A program made the translations under genes and the position numbers. The notes under the pieces are model-generated. The model worked only from the letters and a program-made list of their open reading frames with translations. It made no database searches and was not told the DNA's origin. DNA of 64,000 nucleotides from Mobula hypostoma (Eukaryota), in NCBI RefSeq assembly GCF_963921235.1, contig NC_086097.1, forward strand, positions 138,882,001 through 138,946,000, in the 5' to 3' direction. Positions 52,262 through 64,000 of this stretch are shown piece after piece (within the stretch, counting starts at the first letter, position 1; the number at the start of each line of letters is the position of its first letter).

Positions 52262-52650
52262 TGTGGTCATTGAAGTTTGGAAAACTGAGGAGCATTCTCA
52301 CTGAAACCTATCGACTTTCGGAATGCCCAGATAGAGTGGATGTAGAGAGGATCTTTCCTATAGCAGGGGAGTTGAGAGCTAGAGGGCACAGCCTCAGAAT
52401 AGAGGCATGTACATTTAGAACGGAGATGAAAAGGAATTTGTTTAGCCAGAGGGTGGTGAGTCTGTGGTGAGACAGCTGTGGAGGCCAACTCAGAGTATAT
52501 TTAAAGCAGAGGTTGATAAGTTCTTGATTAGTAAGGGTGTCAATGGTTGCAAGGAAGGCAAGAGAATGGATAATAAATCAGTCATGGTGGAATGGCAGGG
52601 CAGACTAGATGGGCTGAATGGCCTAACTTTGCTCCTGCCTTATGATCTAT
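52262..52650 (+). mobile_element. CR1 3' fragment
   Basis: DRVDVERIFP..RARGHSLRI..FSQRVVSLW. Confidence 0.85.
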
Positions 52651-52964
52651 GTTTTTCTCTTTCCGCAGACACTGAGTGATTCACTGTAATAAACATAGAA
52701 ATTGTTGAAAACGCAGTGAGTAGGCCAGCATCTCTGGGAAGAGGAACAGAGTTGATGTACCAGGTTCAAGACCTTTCATCAGACCTGATCCATAGGGAAA
52801 TTCCAGCATTCTCCTTTTGATATTAGGTTTCTGCAGGAACTCTGATGTACACCTCACAACTTTACATGCCCCTCTGTGTATGTCCTCACTCGCTACCTCT
52901 AACAGCCTTGTTGACCTAATAAACGAGACAGCTTCATGTTAACAAAGCAACACTGCCTCATTCT

Positions 52965-54638
52965 TTGTTGGCTCTGCTGGTAAGAGATCGAATTGCATCT
53001 TTAGAAAGAGGTGACATACAGTCAGTAAATGTGGACTCTTTGTGGGTGGAGTTAAGAAAATGCAAGGGGGAAATGTTGTTATGGGAATCATTTTCAGGCC
53101 TCCAAATAGTAGGCAAAGTGTGGGTTGAGATTGCAAAGGGAGCTGGGAAAAGCATATAATAAGGGTAATGTCACAATTGTAATGGGCGACTTCAATATAC
53201 AAGGGGTTTGGGAAAATCAGGTTGGTGCCAGATCGCAAGGGAGGGAATGTGTTGAATACCAACAAGATGACTTTTTAGAGCAGCTGATGCTTGCGCCTCC
53301 TTGGGGAAAGGCTATCTTAGATTGGGTGTTGTGTAATAACCCAGATCTTATTAGGGAGCTTAATGTAACCAGCATGGTCTCTGTAAAAGGAAATCTTGCT
53401 TGACAAATCTGTTAGAGTTCTTTGAGAAAGTAACAAACAGAGTGGTTAAAGGAAAGGCAAGTGGATGTCATTAATTTGGATTTTCAGAAGGCATTCGATA
53501 AGGTGCCACGCATGATAAACAAGATGCTTATCATGATAAAATCCTATGGTGTTACAGGAAAGATACTGGCATGAATAGAGAAGTGGCTGACAGGCAGGAG
53601 GCAGTGAGTGGGAATAAAAGGGGTCCTTTTCTGGTTGGCTGCCGGTGACTAGTCGTGTTCGTCAGGGGTCAGTATTGGGACTTCTCACATTGTTTCTCAA
53701 TAATTTGGATAATGGTTTTGTAGCAAAATTTGCGAAGGTAGTTGGAGGGGTAGGTAGTGCTGAGGACGCTATGCGATTGCACCAGGACTTAGACAAATTG
53801 GAAGAATAGGCAAAAAAGTGGCAGACAAAAAACAGTGTTGGGAAATGTATGATAATGCATTTTGGTAAAAGGAACAATAGTGTGGACTATTATCTAAAAG
53901 GGGTGAAAGTTCAAACATCAGAGGAGCAGAGGGACTTAGGAGTTCTTGAACAAGACTCCCAGAAGGTTAATTTACATGTGGTAAAGAAGGCAAATGCAAT
54001 GTTGGCATTCATTACAATGGGAATAGCATATAAGAGCAAGGAGATAATGCTGAGGCTTTATAAGACTCTAGGCAGGCCTTGCTTGGAGTGTTGTCAATAG
54101 TTTAGGGACCGTGTTTCAGAAAGGATGTGTTGTCATTGGAGAGAGTCCAAAGGGGATTCACGAGGATGATTCTAGGAATGAAAGGTTTAACATTAAGGGA
54201 GCGTTTGGCAGCTTTGGGCCTGTACTCACTGGAATTTAGAAGAATGCAGGTAGATCTCATTGAAACCTGCTGAATGTTGAAGTGACTCAATAAGGTGGAA
54301 GTGGAGAGGATGTTGCCTCTGGGGAGCGTATCCAGGACTAAAGGTCACAGCCTCAAAATTGAGGGTTGGCCTCTTAGAATGGAGGTAAGGGGGAAATTTT
54401 TTAGTCAGAGAGTGATGAATCTGTGGAATGCTCTGCCACAGACTGTGGTGGAGGCCAAGTCCGTGGGTATAATTAAGGCAGTAGTTAATCGTTTCCTGAT
54501 CAGTCAGGACATCAAAGGATGTGGCGAGAAGGCAGATGTATGGGGTTGAGTGGAATCCGGGATCAGCCATGATGGAATGGTGGAGCAGATTCGATGGGCT
54601 GAATTGCTTAATTCTGCTCCTATGTCTTATGGTCTTAT
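52965..54638 (+). mobile_element. Internally deleted CR1 ORF2 (endonuclease part joined to RT at ~53368)
   Basis: IVMGDFN, AILDWVLCNNPDLIREL, then QHGLCKRKSCLTNLLEFFE; TCTTATGG-like tail. Confidence 0.9.
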
Positions 54639-56240
54639 CCAGTCAGAGACATTCCGCTTGGCCTATCCAGCCATGCGCCATGTTTTCTGCAATTTAAACC
54701 TGGTTCCTCTTGTTTCTCCTTCTGCAAATGTTGTCCTTAAAGAGGAAGTAGATACATTTTTGAAATATTGGAGAATTAGGGTGATGCGAAACTGTCAAAG
54801 GAGAAGAGACCTAGGGAAGATCAGTCACGGTCATATTGAGGGGAGGGGCAGGATTGTATGGACCCATGGCCTTCTCCAGCTCCTGTTTGCTTGTGCTCTC
54901 ATTAAAACTGGAAAACACCTCTTCATTATGGTGGCAGCACAGGAATAGCACCCACATTAGGGTTGCAGCTATCAGTCATTAGTTGGAACCGAGTTATTCA
55001 GACCAATATCAAGCAAATGAAGCCAAGCTACAAGTCAGCTGTGAGCTGATCAGACTCCCAGTTTTGTTTTGTTCACTGGTAGAGGGTGAACCGAGCTTGT
55101 CACATATCACTGTCTTATTAAATTACATTCTACGATGTACTTCACTGATCCTTCATCTCCTTGTCTGCACTGCAAAACTGACAACTTGTTCTATTGCTTT
55201 TTCCAAGTCAGTCAGTAATGGAAATGATAATCTACCTTTATACCCTAGTTATACAATGTCCAGCAAGCAGCGGATTCTGTGTAAATAGTTGAGGCTCAGA
55301 ACAGAATGCCTATAGGTTTCAGAAAGAATCTAGTTGACCTGAATCATTGACTTTGATCCTCTCTTCACAGATTCTGCCCAACCTCCAAAATATTTTCAAT
55401 ATTTGATATTTTTATTTCAGATTTCGAAAAGCTGAAGTATTTTGCTTTTAGCCTACCTCTAACAACTTGTTTCTGATCCTAGTTTTGAAAGATATTTCCT
55501 GGATAAAAAGGAGTAATGGATAGGGTAAAGAGGGTGTGGTAACTGCACTACCTCACCCCCAGGGGGAGGGAGAAAAAGCAGCAACAGGCTGATTCAATCC
55601 TAGATTATTTCAACTGTCAATGCTCGGGACAGAAGAGGCAGCTAAAACGTTGGTGCTTCTGGAGTTACATATCTGACTGGATAAAACAGCAGATTCCCTC
55701 CCTGGCGGTGAACAGGCAGGTTTTAACAACAATCTGATAGCTTCATGATCATGGTCCCAACTATACATTTTAATTTTCATTTAAGGTTTATTAAAATTTC
55801 AGTTCCCTAAGTGCAGCAAAGATATGTGTTCTTACATATGTCTTTGGGTTCAGTAATCTAACCATTATGTTAATAACACTGCTGGCGAGACTTTGTCTTC
55901 TGCCTCAGAACCTCCAACTCCATGAACCTAAGCTCTCAGCATCACCTGAGACTGCCAGGCAGTACATGAGGGTTGCAGCGCTGACAGAGGAGCATCCTAC
56001 AGACAGTAGAATAAACTATGATAGGCATGAAAACACCAGGCACTGTTTGGAACAGTTGGGGATTTCTCCCCGATGAAATAGGGTCAGCATTTCCTCTTTA
56101 ACCACCATCAATTAAAAAGATTGTTTCATTTATCATTATCACATTATCATTTATGGGATTTTGCTGTGCCCTTCTCTGCCAGACTCCCGTTGCTACAGTA
56201 AATCCTACACACAAGAGATTCTGCAGATTCTGGAAATCCA

Positions 56241-56426
56241 GAGCAACATACACAAAGTGCTGGAGGAACTCGGCAGGTCAGGCAGCATTTAAGGAAGGTA
56301 ATAAATAGTCTGCATTTCAGGCCAAGATCTGATGACCAGTCTCAGCCTGAAAGATTCACTGTTTGTTCCTTTCTATAGATGTTGCCTGAACTACTGAGTT
56401 CCTCTAGCATTTTGTGTGTGTTGCTC
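56241..56426. mobile_element. Fold-back mini element made of two inverted Penelope-like termini
   Basis: GAGCAACATACACAAAGTGCTGGAGGAACTC ... GAGTTCCTCTAGCATTTTGTGTGTGTTGCTC inverted arms. Confidence 0.8.
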
Positions 56427-58147
56427 CATGTCTGTAGTCCTTCCATGGCTGCATATGAGGTTGTGGAAGGAGCCATAGTAAAGAAAGTAATCTTCCCTCT
56501 TCTCCTACCAGTATTGCAAAAGGAACAGGGAGGGTAAGTCTTCTGACTGGTAGAAGCTCAATGGGAAGAATGCCCACCACCACCACCCTTGCCCAAGTTA
56601 TACACTACCTTGTTCTGTGATGAAGGAGAGAGAAGCACAAGGTTGAAATAGCTGAAATGGCAGCTTTTAAGACTCAAGTAATGAGAGATCATAAAGTGAA
56701 ATAAAATTTCTCAGCCATGAAATAACTCACTCGATCATTTGATTTGGATTTGTCCAACAATTACTCTGACATTGCAATAAAGAGTTACTGGGTTCCTAGT
56801 GACAGCATAAGATGGAGACTTGCCATTTATATAATTAGCACATTCCAACTAAGCCTTCTTCTCTGGGCTCAGTAGCTCTGCTTCACTGTCCATCACTCAC
56901 AAATGTCAATGGCAGAGGGACAAGTTGCTCAGCCCAACCAGTCCATACTGTCAGATTTGATCCTTGTGAGTCACTTTACAAAACTGCATCACTACATGCT
57001 TGTGTTCCTCTCTCCCTTGTGGCCATACCTTCAGCAGCTGCCCCAGGGAATGAGTTCCACATTCTCACTCTTCTCCTGCATTCCTATTTGTGGTACATGG
57101 TGGCTGCCTTACGTTTACATCGCATGAGTGGGAACATTCTCTATACATTTTCCTCATCAACCCCTTTCTCGTAATTTTAACAACCTCTGCTTGGTTACCC
57201 TTTGCCATACGTTTACTAAAGGAATGAACACTACATAGAACATTACAGTGCTGGAACAGACCATTCCTACTATTTGTTTTTATTTTTTAATACATCGTTT
57301 CCCTTGCTTTCATGTCCCAGTTAACAGGGTGAAGACTGAAACAGTGTATGTGTGCTCCATGGTTTGGTCCATTATCAAGTCTCTGCTTTTCACTTCTGTT
57401 CCCCCAAAATAAACCCATGGGCTTGAGTCATTACATTTGCTGGCCGACCTGACTCTCATGGCACTTAGTTTTTAATCTATCTCTAACCCACTTAGACACT
57501 TGTTTTACAAGGGCATATCTTTCTTTCACCAAAACACAACATCTCCATACATTATATTGCATTCAAATGCCAGCTACTCATTGCTGCTACAAAGTTTGTT
57601 CACTTCCTCTGAGACTTTGATGGTCGTTTTCCATATTATTAATATTAGCTCTCAAATTGACATCCATTCTGTGCAAAGTCCTTCATGTCTCAATTCCGTG
57701 TCACTTTGTGAAACTCAGATGCTGGGGTCCTGATCCCTGTGAAATAACCTTCTGCCTCTGTGTAGTTACCATTACTCTCCACTCTGTTCTGTTTGTTGAC
57801 AGCTTATTTTCCATTCTGAGTATCAAAGAATAGGGTGCTGCATCTCCATCTTCCCTCATTAGTCTATGAACCAAACTTTGGAATCGCTCAGATAACTCTG
57901 GCCTCATCCTATCAGAGACATCTCCTTTGTCTGATCTACCCCTCACCCACCTTCTCTGCTACCTAAACCTAACTTGTTCCTTCACTTTTCCGGTTCTGAC
58001 GAGGGTCTTGAACCGAACACTAACTCTGCTTCTCTTCGCACAGATGCTGCCTGTCCCACTGAGAATTTCCATCTTTTTGATTTCTATTTTGTAACAACTC
58101 TCCTCATCTTGGATGTTTTGATAAGGGTTTTCCACATGAAAGATCAA

Positions 58148-58490
58148 AGTTCAAGTTTAAAGTAAATTTATTATCAAAGTACATATACATCATATGCTAC
58201 ACTGAGATTCTTTTTCTTGCAGGTATTCACAGCAGAACACAGAAATACAAAAGAATCAAGGACAAACTACACACAAACAAGCAACCTATGTGGAAAAGAA
58301 GGTAACTGCAATAAAATAATTAAATAAACAAATAAACAATACTCTAGTGCATGAGTTGCAGAGTCCTTGAAATTGAGTTGTAAGTCGTGAATCAGTTCTG
58401 ATTTGAGGTGAATGAAGTTATCCCCACCGGATCAAGAGCCCGATGGTTGAGGAATAATAACTGCTCCTGAACCTGGTGGTATGGTACCTA
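58148..58490 (-). mobile_element. Rex/L2-like LINE 3' end
   Basis: Minus strand ends GATAATAAATTTACTTTAAACTTGAACTT, similar to the tail at ~35590. Confidence 0.65.
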
Positions 58491-61361
58491 AAAACAATGT
58501 AAATCTCTTTATATTACATGTTTTACGGTACTCTTATCTGGCCCTCCTAGTACATCCTCGTGTAATTCAATAATTAGCGGAGCATAATCATCCTTTTTAT
58601 AATCTAAGTTGATAACTTTTTTATTACGTTTTTTTGGTTTCTAGATGGGTTTCTATTTACAACTGAGGGAAGATTCATTTTCTAATTAAGTGTTATATCA
58701 ATATTTCATTTTCCTTCTGCTCAATTGCTTATAGGCATGGACAAAATCCACTTGGACGAAGGGTTTTATTCTCTCTTACTTCATTAACAGTTGTCTTCCC
58801 ACTTTCTCTCTTAAATGCTAAATTTGGCTCTGCCTTGAAATGAGACAGGACATCCAGAAATACACCTTAAACACAAAATAAATTATAAATCAACAAAGTC
58901 ACCTTGAGTCTTACACCTGTGCAGCAACACAGCTTTGCGTGTTCTCAGTTAACTTCTATGCAGTGTGTATTGAGGGAGGTTGTCTTGATGACCACATACA
59001 ATCAAACTCAATGCAAAGTCTCTTTGATAGAGAGACCCTTCCCTCCCTCTCCCTCTCTCTCTCTAATGGACTCTCTGGCTGGTTTCCAAGTAGCTCAATG
59101 TGGAGAGAGACCAGCTTATAAATGAACACTTTATACATGACTAAAGCTTTTTAACAGCATGGATCGTTGACATTGAAACAACAGAATATGTTGAGCAGTG
59201 GTCTTCCCAGTTTTGTTAGATCTGTATACAGCTCTGATTCATGCCAACTTCTTCCCTTTGGAGAGTGCAATGTTTAAATTCTCTACTCCCCCACGGTTAG
59301 TGCAATGAACATCTTGTGGCAGGCAGACTTGTCAGTAGCCAACTCTCAATTCAAGGAAACTTGCTGCACTCACAGTCGGTGCAAAGGAAACTCACCTGAA
59401 AACAAATCTGGGGTTTCTTCTACCAGGAGCAGTAAAGGTTGTAGGAGAGTTCAAAACACTGAGCAGTTTTAAAGTGAAGCAGTTTACTGCGCAAAGGGGT
59501 CAGATTGAAGGGGACTGGCAGAAGAATTGGAAGGAAGAGTGGAATGCTTTTAAGGGGTTAAGCTGCCAGTTGTGATCCATAATATGCTGCCTAAAGGAAT
59601 AGTGAGAGATTCAATGGGAGCTTTCAGGAAGGTATAGAGAGGGAAATATTCAGGTCTGTGGGGGAATGAGTAGTGGATGCCTCTAACTGGAGAAACAACT
59701 AACACAGGCTTGGTATGATGAATAACCTCCATAATTCCATAATGGAAGCAGGAAGGAAGTTAAATGGCTTGAACTCCAAGCATCTCGATGACATTAATCC
59801 CTTACCGGCCAATCATACTGAAAACCACATCATACAATGATTACCACATTCCAGTTTGAGGGATCTTGTTATGTCAAATTTGATTATGGTTCCCACATTT
59901 CAACAATAACCACACCTCAAGTAGATCTTCCAGTGCTGGGAGAGGCTGTGCGTTGACAGACGACTCACAGTAAATGAGGTCCAGCTTCAGGAGCAGCAGA
60001 GAGAGTGAAGGCACTTGTATCCATTGCATTGTATGATCTTCTCTTCTCTGGCTCTCTTCCGGTACTTCTACTGGCAATGGCCTGCCCAGCTCACCCACAT
60101 AACCTCATCACCCTTTGACCCTCTCTATGGTGGCTCCACAGCAAAGTGACACAACCTAACAGTTAATAAAACCCCTTCATTCAACTTCAGTAGGCCCTAG
60201 ATGGGCACATTCAGAAAATGTTGAATGAATAGAATAGTCTCCAAGTCAGACAGGCAGCAAACAGTTGAATGATGGACCCAGGAATACTGGAGATGGTCAG
60301 ACTGAAACCATGGGCTATTCTGTCATTCATGGCATGCTCAGACATTGCTTCTGGATGTTGAGAGCAGTTGAGAAGAGCAGTAAAACCTAATGCCTGGCTG
60401 TAGAAGTCTGACAGACAGCACAGAACTTGCTTTCACTGGAAAAGCCAGCAGCACTTGAACAGTCTTACCCGGCAGAAACTCACATTCAGACTTGTAAGTC
60501 TAGGGTAGTCTAAGCTTGCAACAGACATCACATGACTCTCTTACAAGTAGCCTTCAGCTCACACAGCAGTACCAGGCATTCTGCAGTAGATACTGAAACA
60601 ACAATAACAGAATCTCAGAAACTTAGTGTGGTGTACTGTTCCACTCTGGCTCTCCGTATTCAGTCTCTCCCCTTTTTGTAAATTACTGTTCTTCATAAAC
60701 TGCCAAATGCTATGAAATCTAACTGAAGCTATAACTTCCAGAAGCTAGCAACCCTCCACATGAAAACATTTCTTCCAGTTTTCTGCTTGTTCCCCCAGTT
60801 GTTTTCACCTCTGGCCATTTGCCAGATGGATTCTCTATCTTATCAAAACCATCAATTCGATAGTCATTCAGTCATCTTTGCTCAGTATCCATCCACACAA
60901 TGGGAAAGATTGCTGGACCAAGAAAGACATCCTGCCATCAGCTTTCCATTACTCTATCCAAAGAAGTCTCTCCTCCCTGGGCTTGTTTTGGCAAATCTCC
61001 TCCACACACTCCCCAGGGACTTGCCACTCTTCTTGGTGTGAAGGTAGTTAGAAATACTAACCATATTATGCCAGGGAAACTGAAATATGAAGTAAGGAGA
61101 TTATGCACAAGACTACTGTATAGGTGGAGTACTTGAGGAATGATGTTAATACTTCGAAAGCAGTTCAGAGAAGGTTTCCTGGATTGATACCAGGAGTGCA
61201 GAGGCGGTCTCGCGAGGGATCGTTGGACAAGCTGGGTTTGTATCCACTGGAGTGCGGCAGATCGGGAGAGGCTTGGTTGAAAGATGAAACCCTGAGGGAT
61301 CTTGTTAGGAGAAACAGACTTCGTGAAGAGTCAAGAACACCTCCACAACAGACAGCATCTT

Positions 61362-61490
61362 TCAGGGCACGTCCCAAAGTAGCTCAGGGCCAATAAATTT
61401 TTTGCAAGTGCAGCCGCTATTGTAGGATACCAAGGAATATGAGTGCACAGCAAGATTCCACAAACTCTGCAGCAACGATAGCCTAACAAA
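61362..61490 (-). mobile_element. Deu-domain SINE remnant (related copies near 56150-56200, 59850-59950, 63610-63690)
   Basis: GTGGGATTTTGCTGTG..CATTACAAC..CACTTC-like core shared among the copies. Confidence 0.55.
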
Positions 61491-61519
61491 GTTTTGGTGA
61501 CATTGGTGAAGAGATTTTT

Positions 61520-64000
61520 TTAATGGCCTCGGAACACTAGGTTGAGGTCTGCCGCGCTGAGGACGTTTCTTCTTCCCTGACGAGGCGGAGATCTGTTCAC
61601 ATTTAAAAAGCCGCAAATCCCCTCCGACTATGCAGCATGTCCCCGGCGCCTGCCCTGCCCTCCGTCCGCGCACTGGTGAGGCAGCGCCCGTGGAGAGCCG
61701 GTGATGAGGGTCGATGAGACTCAAGCAGGAGGACGGTCCCAGCAGACGCAGCTCTTTGGGGTTTTGAGAAATCTGCTCAGAAGCTGTCTGAGTATTCGCA
61801 AGGGACCAGGGACCAGCTTTCCATGGACTCTGAGACGGGGTCTGAGCGATAAGATGAACTCTTGGCCTCACAATCTACCTCATAATGGTCTTGCACCTTA
61901 TTGCCTGCTTGCACTTTCTCTGTAAATGCATTCCACTGTTGATTTCCTTTTGTTACTGCCTCAATGCACTGATGTGATGAAATGATCGGTATTGGACGGA
62001 ACGCAAACCAACATGCGGCAATGATAAACTAATTGACCGATTTAGATTTGATTTGCGATATAATCGGGCCATGGGACATCACCACCCACAGCCCGAGCAG
62101 GCACAATCTCTCCCTGTGCTGTAATTCTCTCGTATCACCTCAGCCCCTCACCTGTAGAGTCCACCAACCCTTCGAGCGTCCCGAACGTTGCGATGGGGCT
62201 CGAGGCCGTTACCGCCGCCGGGCGAGCTGTTCATTAATGAGGCATGAAGTTAATTCAGTGCACAACTCCTGCTGTGTTTTATCTGGGTAAATGCAAATTA
62301 ATCTAATTGGAATGATGAGGATTTTACTGGTCGGAACAGTTTTAACAGAGATCGGGCAATTACTCCGGTTACTGACGCGGAACTGTTGCTTAGGGAAACC
62401 TTCGCAGACAGTCTGTATCATTGTCAGTTGAGGCCAGTTTGAATCAGCCTTACACACCGAATAGGCGAGGGTGATAAAACATGGGGTAAACAGTCGGCGA
62501 TCACCGCACTCCAACCCTTGGTCGACCCGACCCACTCATTCAGAAGGAACGAATCCGGCCGAGAGAAGGTGGCACTTCTGGTGTAAATAAACTAGCAATT
62601 CACAGACACAACGACGGTGGAAATCTAAGTCCCCCCCCCCCCCCCCGTATTTTTGCCTTTATTTCAACAGGTCAGAAGGAAAAACAAGCTTAATCCATGC
62701 TCCAGTCAAAGGTTTCAGAGATGAAACGTTGACCCAGTTTCTCGCCATAGATGCTGCCCGACCTGCGAAGTGTTTCCACCGCCCGTTTCACCAATAGTGC
62801 GCATTGACAGAGTGGGCCAATAAACCTGTTGTGTCTCTATCGTGGCGCCAAACCCCTCGAAAAGCTCCTTCTTTCTTAAGAAGCCTCGTTCCTTCAGATT
62901 TTAATTTTAGTTTTTAGACATTGCTTTCAATTTCAGTCTAGCTTATCTAAACACAAAAATGATTGTACTGTGTTAAGATGTGGAGATCCCAGTCCCCGCG
63001 TTTTCCGCGTTGATGATTCCAGTACTGATCCGCTGAGTTTCTCCAGTCATTCCTGTGTTGCTCTCACGAGAAAGCCCCAAACTCAGCGATCCGGGCACAG
63101 CTACTTCGCCTCCTCCGTCGGATTTCTGAATGATGCATGAACTCCTTATTCAATTTCACTTGCATGACCTATTGACTTTTTCATGTCCCGTGAAAATCTT
63201 CACATCGTACGTCAGCGATAGTAAATCTGATTCTGATTCTGACTGGGTTTTGAACTTCTGGCTGGTTCATTTCCACATCGAAGTGCGGCGGCTCTGTATG
63301 GCGAATTCATCCCACAGCGAGGTCTCAGCGTTTCTGGTGAAAACAGTTTTATGTCATTAGTTACAGTAATTGGTGCAAGCCCAAGAAGGCCCGGAAGTGG
63401 GAGGAGAGGCTGATGTGATCCTGTCCCTCAACACCAAACCCATAGACCGGCATTGTTACCCACTCCCAAAAAAATGTCTTAGTCGTCCCAGGTCAGGTTT
63501 GTGGGTCCAGCCCCCTCCTAGAGTTAAGACTTAGAGTTGTTGTGTTGAAACACTAGACATGTCTATCCTCCCAGGTTATTTATTTCAAAGCAGGCCGCCG
63601 TTGCTTTCTGTTTCGTGGGATTTTGCTGTGTGCGTTTTGGTAACCCATGTTCCCTCCATTACAACGGTAGCTGCACTTCCAAAGTTGTTCTAACTCTGAC
63701 TGTACCTTCGCCTTGACTAAATATTCGGAGATATTCCATCATCGCTGCGGCTCACGCATCGTGCCGATGTAAAGTAACTAGAAAGCAATTTGCATTGTCT
63801 GACAGTAACAACCAATGCAATATATCATGGTAAGCTCTCTGGAACAAAAACACATTGATCGTGGAACACATCAAGCATTCAGTCAGGATTAAGATGGCGG
63901 AGATCGAGCCTTTTCTCAAGCGCCACTCACCGCCGTCAGGTGACCTTAAGAATTTTACAACTAAAGTAATACTCAGTTAGCTATTGCTGCAAAGATGGCA
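61520..64000. promoter_or_regulatory. Second CpG-enriched region with homeodomain/octamer cluster and YY1-like motif
   Basis: CpG retention; ATGCAAAT at 62291-62298; AAGATGGCGG at 63891-63900. Confidence 0.45.

Noticed and set aside
57990..58030. Further hammerhead-like remnants (also ~11045-11080, ~26440-26470, ~52750-52785, ~62701-62735)
   Set aside because: Core nucleotides are mutated or deleted; treated only as decayed termini
59078..59115. Short hairpin GCTGGTTTC..GAGACCAGC
   Set aside because: Too short for a pre-miRNA and compatible with chance
61362..61871. 169-aa minus-strand ORF
   Set aside because: Overlaps repeat remnants; low-information composition
63894..63980. AAGATGGCGG start of a short ORF or first exon
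   Set aside because: Stops after 28 codons, peptide not recognised, cannot be evaluated at the window edge

Overview
Vertebrate genomic DNA; the repeat complement (CR1 LINEs with short microsatellite tails, Rex1/Babar, Penelope-like elements, Deu-domain SINEs) suggests a cartilaginous fish, probably a ray (inference). One convincing protein-coding gene: an intronless TMEM74-family ORF (46201-46950, minus strand) with an upstream CpG island. The first ~10.5 kb is a 26-bp G-rich minisatellite with a 200-N gap. The rest is mostly decayed, often nested retroelements. Highlights: (1) a 906-bp palindromic TG...CA element with a 5-bp target duplication (20793-21698), which looks like a Gypsy LTR folded back at a self-priming PBS junction; (2) minimal hammerhead ribozyme motifs at Penelope-like termini (best copy 52134-52171), with small fold-back elements that pivot inside the ribozyme; (3) a four-level nested LINE stack; (4) a HERO-like RLE retroelement fragment inside an old local duplication. 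Repeat family names come from motif recognition, not database searches, and repeat boundaries are approximate unless stated.
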